Origin: Obrimoposthia wandeli
Lineage: Eukaryota
Reading direction: 5' to 3'
Assembly: GCA_977020255.1 (NCBI GenBank)
Contig: CDROCS010004540.1
Coordinates: forward strand, 1-64,000
Length of the DNA stretch: 64,000 nt
Below are positions 59,606 through 64,000 of the stretch, piece after piece; the first letter of the stretch is position 1, and every line of letters begins with the position of its first letter. The position numbers and the translations under genes were made by a program. The notes beneath the pieces were generated by a model that made no database searches, was not told where the DNA came from, and saw only the letters and a list, made by a program, of their open reading frames with translations.

Positions 59606-60391
59606 CTATTTTTTATCCAGCAAACAATCAATTTTTTCTTCTAAGCTGTCAATTTTCTTCTGCAATCTCAATAGTTGTAACTTATTATCCAGCTCCTGCC
59701 GAGATATTTTCTCTTCTTGCTGAGATAAAAAGAATGCAGAAAAACTCGCGGTTAACATAGAGAATAAGGCGACACCCAATAAAATAAGCGCAGAGCCAAA
59801 TAATCGCCCTACCGTGCTGCCAGGAACAATATCTCCATAACCTACGGTTGTGATCGTCACCCAAGCCCACCAAATTCCATCTAAAGGCGTTTCGATATTT
59901 GGATCGATCAACGCCATAAACGTGCCAGACAGAATGACAATAATAAAGCTGACCATTAAGGTCGTGCCGAGGTGATTTCGACTTAATATTTTTCTCGCCG
60001 CTACCGACATGCTAAATAGCAAAGAAAATAAAACCAGTAAACGCAATGCCCTTAACCCACCGGCATAAGGGAAGATATCCCACAACAAAGGCATGCCGGC
60101 AACAATAATAACCAAGCTTCCCCAGTTATTGAGTAAGTAACGTTTTTTATTATTAACGAGGAAGCACAACAGGGTTGTTTCAAAAACAAAAAATCCCCAA
60201 ATAAACCAATCGCTGTACAGAGACAACGCGATAGGCGCTAATCCCTGAGCTTCAATGTACCACTCTAAAATTATCCCAAAGGCTAATAAAATCATTGGCC
60301 AATCAAGCAAGCGCCCTACTTTAACCGCAGCAGGGGATTCATCACTATCAACGCCAGACAGGCCAAAGAAGCCAGGTAGTTGCTCATTCAT
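59606..60391 (-). CDS. 6-TM potassium channel
   Basis: Selectivity filter TTVGYGD, S4-like LRALRL, C-terminal coiled coil. Confidence 0.9.
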   Translation of the reverse strand: MNEQLPGFFGLSGVDSDESPAAVKVGRLLDWPMILLAFGIILEWYIEAQGLAPIALSLYSDWFIWGFFVFETTLLCFLVNNKKRYLLNNWGSLVIIVAGMPLLWDIFPYAGGLRALRLLVLFSLLFSMSVAARKILSRNHLGTTLMVSFIIVILSGTFMALIDPNIETPLDGIWWAWVTITTVGYGDIVPGSTVGRLFGSALILLGVALFSMLTASFSAFFLSQQEEKISRQELDNKLQLLRLQKKIDSLEEKIDCLLDKK

Positions 60392-60436
60392 TTGTCGTTA
60401 CTTTCTTTTTCAAGAACAGAATTTGTCTGATTATAA

Positions 60437-60823
60437 TTAATAAATACTAGGATCTACTTCCACAGAATGCACACTACCCGTCCAGTTATCAAAACCTCCA
60501 ATAAGCATTTCAACCTGAGAGAATCCCATTTGCTTTAGGGTATAAGCGGCAAGTGTACTGCGCCCACCATTTTTGCAATAGATTAAGATATTACGCTGGT
60601 TATCATTCAAGTCAGGATGGTCACCAACTTTAAATTCCAATACACCACGAGGAATATTCACCGCATTGGGCAAATGCCCCAGCTGAAATTCAGCGGGTTC
60701 GCGGACGTCTAGAATCAGTGCTTGCAGTTCAATTAAGGCCTCCGCTCGATCCGCCGTTACTAAATTAATTTCAGCGCGTGCGGCGGTTAAAAAATCATCT
60801 CGTGTTTTTATTAAATACGTCAT
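60437..60823 (-). CDS. Rhodanese-like sulfurtransferase
   Basis: LDVREP.EF..GHLP.A.NIPRG.LE, active-site YCKNGGRS, GGF..W. Confidence 0.9.
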   Translation of the reverse strand: MTYLIKTRDDFLTAARAEINLVTADRAEALIELQALILDVREPAEFQLGHLPNAVNIPRGVLEFKVGDHPDLNDNQRNILIYCKNGGRSTLAAYTLKQMGFSQVEMLIGGFDNWTGSVHSVEVDPSIY

Positions 60824-61074
60824 AGACTACCTATATAACTATTGGGTTATTTAGCAGCATAGCAAGCTTCTACTTTAAGTTATAGCGTCAAGCTAGGTGC
60901 AATAACATTTTACAGTTGATTCTATTGATCCGTGCCACAATAACACGTTCGTTATACCTAAATAGAATAAGTTAAATAAACACCAATAACTAAGCTCACT
61001 TTCCAGCAGCTTATAGAATAGTGTTTATACTCAGTTAATGAAAACCATCAATTGATTAGATTGGATCAGGCAGA

Positions 61075-64000
61075 ATGGATAAGCGCGAAAAACCCAGGTT
61101 TGAAAGTCATGTAGAAGCAAAATTGATTGCCACTGATGGTTCAAGTCATGCTTGTCATATTTCTGATTTTTCACAAGAAGGCCTACGAGTTTACTGGCCT
61201 GACGAAGAAAATTTCATATTAAAAAGCCAAGACATGCTGCAACTCTACTTAACCTTAGAGGATGCTCCACTCAACATTACTGTCGAATGCCTCTACCAAG
61301 AAGGTAGTAGTGCGGGCTTGAAACTTCATCAGCCTACTAGTGAAATATTCTTACAATTACAAAGTATTAATCAAGCAAATAGAAACAACGGCGCCTTATC
61401 AAGTGAAAAGCGCAGTCACTATAAAAAACTGTTTCAGCAACGGGTCAAAGAAAGCAGCCAAAGCATTATTAAACAATGGCACGCTGAATTTTTAGATGAA
61501 CTCTTCAATCAAGCCAATAACGCGCATAATAATAGCGAACAACAAGTTTTATTCAGCGCTGAAAAACATGTTAAAGACAAAAGCTCTCAAATCCAAAATA
61601 GCTTTTTAAGTGCAATTGCAGAACAACTAAATTGCTGGCTTGATGGCTTACCACCAATCACCAATGAAAAAGATTCGCAAAAAAATAGCCAAGGGCAAAG
61701 CTTATCTCTTGTGCAGCAGGCTGACTTTGAAGACTGGCTGTTATCTAAAGTAGCGAGCACTCACTTACAATCTCGTTTAAGCCATGCTTCCTTTGAAGTA
61801 CGTCAACTATTAGACATCATTTCCGAAGCCCCCTCAGAAAACTGCTTTAACCCACTGAGCGCCAATGTTATTACCGAAGCGTTCAGGGCTGCGATTGAAC
61901 CTTTAGAGATTGAAAAAAATATTCGTCAAATCGCTTTTGATATTTTCTCACAAGTCGCAGGACAGCAACTGCAAGCGGTCTATCAATGGCTTATTAAACA
62001 AATTGATATTCCTCTGGCCTTTCGTAATCGCCGCAGCCCCATAAAGGCCAGTAGCCCAAATACCACGACGAGTTCGGCCGTCGAAAATGAAGTACAGCAG
62101 GAACAAGAACCACAAATTCTACCGGCCTCCCCTGATGATCCACAACACCAAGGGCAGCAAGAACAAAGCTCTGCGAGTGCTTCTCCAAAACCGGGTTATA
62201 CCTATTCTGCACCAGCACATTCAGGCTCAATGCAAGCCTTTCGCCAGCATCAATCAGAAGCGCAGCAGGCGTATAGTAATATCCAAAGCCTACTCGCATT
62301 GCGCTATCAACGCATTGAAAGTGGTGCTAGTAGCGCCGGTGTTGCCGCCGAACTCTCGCAACCGAGTATGCCAGTCGCCAACCATAGCCAAGTACAATCA
62401 GCACTGCAGCAACTTTGGCAGAAATCAAATACTCAACCAGGGCACGTCCGCCAAGATTTAGAACGAGCCTTGGCCGCAGAAGATATTGGCCTGCCAGCGG
62501 AAAACCGTGAAGCGATCGATACCCTTGAGCATGTCACACAAAACCTAGTCGCCAGCGAACAAATTTCTGACTTTGTTAAGCCTTTTATTGCTCAGTTAGA
62601 ACAGCCATTATCGATGATGATGCTGAGCGACCCAAGCATGATGTTCAATCCACAGCATCCAGGTCGAGTCGCCTTAAACTCTATCTCCAAACTCGGCCGC
62701 ATGACCACAACAGGCCAAGATAGGATCAGTGAAAAATTAAATGCGATGCTGCAAGATATTGATCCTAATAGCAGCGCAGATCAGCTCGAAGCCCAGTTGC
62801 AGTCTTTGCAACTAGGTGTTGATACCATGCTTGTCGAAGCAGAACGACGAGTGAAAATGAATGCCGACCGTGTCGCACAGGCTGCCGAAGGTGAGCATAG
62901 AGTTGATCAAGCACGTGCGAAAATTGCCCGTTTAATCACCAAAGATACCTCTGGTAGAACACTGCCGACGATTGTTATGGAATGGTTAGAGCAAGGCTGG
63001 AAACCACTATTAACGCTCATTTATTTACGTGAAACCATTGAAAGCAAACGCTTCCGAGGCGCAGTAAAGCTTTACCGCCAAGTATTATCGTTATTTAGTC
63101 CTAAGAATGCCGCCCATAAGGAGCTATTAGAACGCTTTTATCCCTTAATAAAACTCATGCACCGTGAGCTGGACCAACTCAACGGCCAACGACCAGAGCA
63201 TAGCCGCTGGCATAACGAAATCAATTTAGCCGCTGAGCAACACTTAGAAAGTGGCCAGATTGAAGAAGTCGTTGAAGTTCCTGCGGAAGTCGTTGAAGAA
63301 AAACCCGCTCTGGAAGGCAAAGGGGTGCGTCGAGCACTCAACTTACAGGTTGGCGATTGGCTATTAATGGTCGAGTCTGACAAAAATGTGTCCGTCGTTT
63401 GGATCGCTGAAGATGGCTCTAAGTTTGCCTGTGTTAATCATAGCGGCATGAAGGTAGTCGATTTCTCATTAGAGCAATTGGCCGAGGCTCTTGATGATGG
63501 TTCAGTGAAGCGCCTATACGAGCAAGAAGAGTCTGCGGTAGATCAAAGTTTGGATGCTTTAGTACAGCAAATTTATAATGATTTATCCGCCCAAGCGAAT
63601 ACAGATGCGTTAACCCAAATCAATACTCGCCAACACTTCATGCGTCATCTGAAAGAAGAAGCGGCAAGATCTCATCGTTCAAACCTAACGCATACGTTAT
63701 GCATGATTGATATTGATCAGTTTAAGCTAATCAATAGTGAGTACGGCGTAGAAGGAGGTGATGAGTGTTTAAAAGCGATTGCCAACGTATTACTGGAAAC
63801 CAGCACGAATAAAAGTGACTGTGCTCGCATGGGCAGCAATGAATTTGCCATTTTATTTCAACATGCAGACCTTAGCCACGGCGAAGAACAAGCACGTGCA
63901 TTGAAAAAAGCACTAGAGCAACTGGATATTATCAGCGGTCAGCATACATTCAGAATTCACCTCAGCATGGGGGTCTCAGAGTTAAATTATCAAGTCAGCG
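61075..64000 (+). CDS. PilZ-DUF1631-degenerate GGDEF protein, 3' partial (not in the ORF track)
   Basis: Frame read by hand from ATG 61075 to the window end; I saw no stop. RxxxR (REKPR) and DxSxxG (DFSQEG); LSLVQQ.DFEDWL; GGDEF fold from about 63600 (TDALTQIN, MIDIDQFK.IN, RMGSNEF). Confidence 0.85.
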   Translation, partial: MDKREKPRFESHVEAKLIATDGSSHACHISDFSQEGLRVYWPDEENFILKSQDMLQLYLTLEDAPLNITVECLYQEGSSAGLKLHQPTSEIFLQLQSINQANRNNGALSSEKRSHYKKLFQQRVKESSQSIIKQWHAEFLDELFNQANNAHNNSEQQVLFSAEKHVKDKSSQIQNSFLSAIAEQLNCWLDGLPPITNEKDSQKNSQGQSLSLVQQADFEDWLLSKVASTHLQSRLSHASFEVRQLLDIISEAPSENCFNPLSANVITEAFRAAIEPLEIEKNIRQIAFDIFSQVAGQQLQAVYQWLIKQIDIPLAFRNRRSPIKASSPNTTTSSAVENEVQQEQEPQILPASPDDPQHQGQQEQSSASASPKPGYTYSAPAHSGSMQAFRQHQSEAQQAYSNIQSLLALRYQRIESGASSAGVAAELSQPSMPVANHSQVQSALQQLWQKSNTQPGHVRQDLERALAAEDIGLPAENREAIDTLEHVTQNLVASEQISDFVKPFIAQLEQPLSMMMLSDPSMMFNPQHPGRVALNSISKLGRMTTTGQDRISEKLNAMLQDIDPNSSADQLEAQLQSLQLGVDTMLVEAERRVKMNADRVAQAAEGEHRVDQARAKIARLITKDTSGRTLPTIVMEWLEQGWKPLLTLIYLRETIESKRFRGAVKLYRQVLSLFSPKNAAHKELLERFYPLIKLMHRELDQLNGQRPEHSRWHNEINLAAEQHLESGQIEEVVEVPAEVVEEKPALEGKGVRRALNLQVGDWLLMVESDKNVSVVWIAEDGSKFACVNHSGMKVVDFSLEQLAEALDDGSVKRLYEQEESAVDQSLDALVQQIYNDLSAQANTDALTQINTRQHFMRHLKEEAARSHRSNLTHTLCMIDIDQFKLINSEYGVEGGDECLKAIANVLLETSTNKSDCARMGSNEFAILFQHADLSHGEEQARALKKALEQLDIISGQHTFRIHLSMGVSELNYQVS

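Noticed and set aside
655-60440. Many 60-150-aa alternative-frame or antisense ORFs (e.g. 655..945, 780..1205, 14443..14793, 36932..37255, 56154..56603)
   Set aside because: They are nested in well-supported genes and show no family motifs.
61994-63383. Short ORFs 61994..62299, 62087..62461 and 63138..63383
   Set aside because: They overlap the long frame-1 PilZ-DUF1631-GGDEF gene, which explains the region.
1-64000. Mobile elements, tRNA/rRNA, and dedicated anti-phage genes
   Set aside because: I recognised no transposase, integrase, terminal inverted repeat, tRNA cloverleaf or known defence domain. This was done by eye; tRNAscan, ISEScan or DefenseFinder would be decisive.

Overview
AT-rich chromosomal window from what looks like a marine gammaproteobacterium (gene content suggests Oceanospirillales/Oleispira-like; inference only). 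I saw no rRNA, tRNA, IS element, prophage or CRISPR array. In order, it holds: a partial phytoene-desaturase-like oxidoreductase with an FAD/NAD/2Fe-2S reductase; TetR; an ODP di-iron protein with a small MCP-like partner; a cytochrome P460-like protein; a PAS histidine kinase followed by frameshifted REC and REC-GGDEF genes; cusBA; a NorR/sigma54-controlled orf-nnrS-hmp NO-detoxification unit; a six-gene YjfI-PspA-YqiJ-flotillin-giant AAA+-zinc-ribbon operon; a glucosylglycerate synthesis/phosphorolysis operon; pstSCAB-phoU, a PHO-box porin and phoBR; cobW; ybbPA/tesA; c-di-GMP enzymes; lipase plus foldase; nitronate monooxygenase; a cpxRA-like pair; ComFB; a K+ channel; rhodanese; and a long PilZ-DUF1631-degenerate GGDEF gene that runs off the right edge and is absent from the ORF track. 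The strongest lead is the PspA/flotillin/AAA+ operon. Its first gene has a basic, DNA-binding-like N-terminal extension. It lies behind three TTACATGTAA palindromes at exact 22-bp spacing that overlap a TTGACG-N17-TATGTT promoter predicting a leaderless mRNA, and a second SD-led in-frame start would give the short YjfI core. This suggests a self-repressing bacterial ESCRT-III/flotillin membrane-stress module with its own ATPase.
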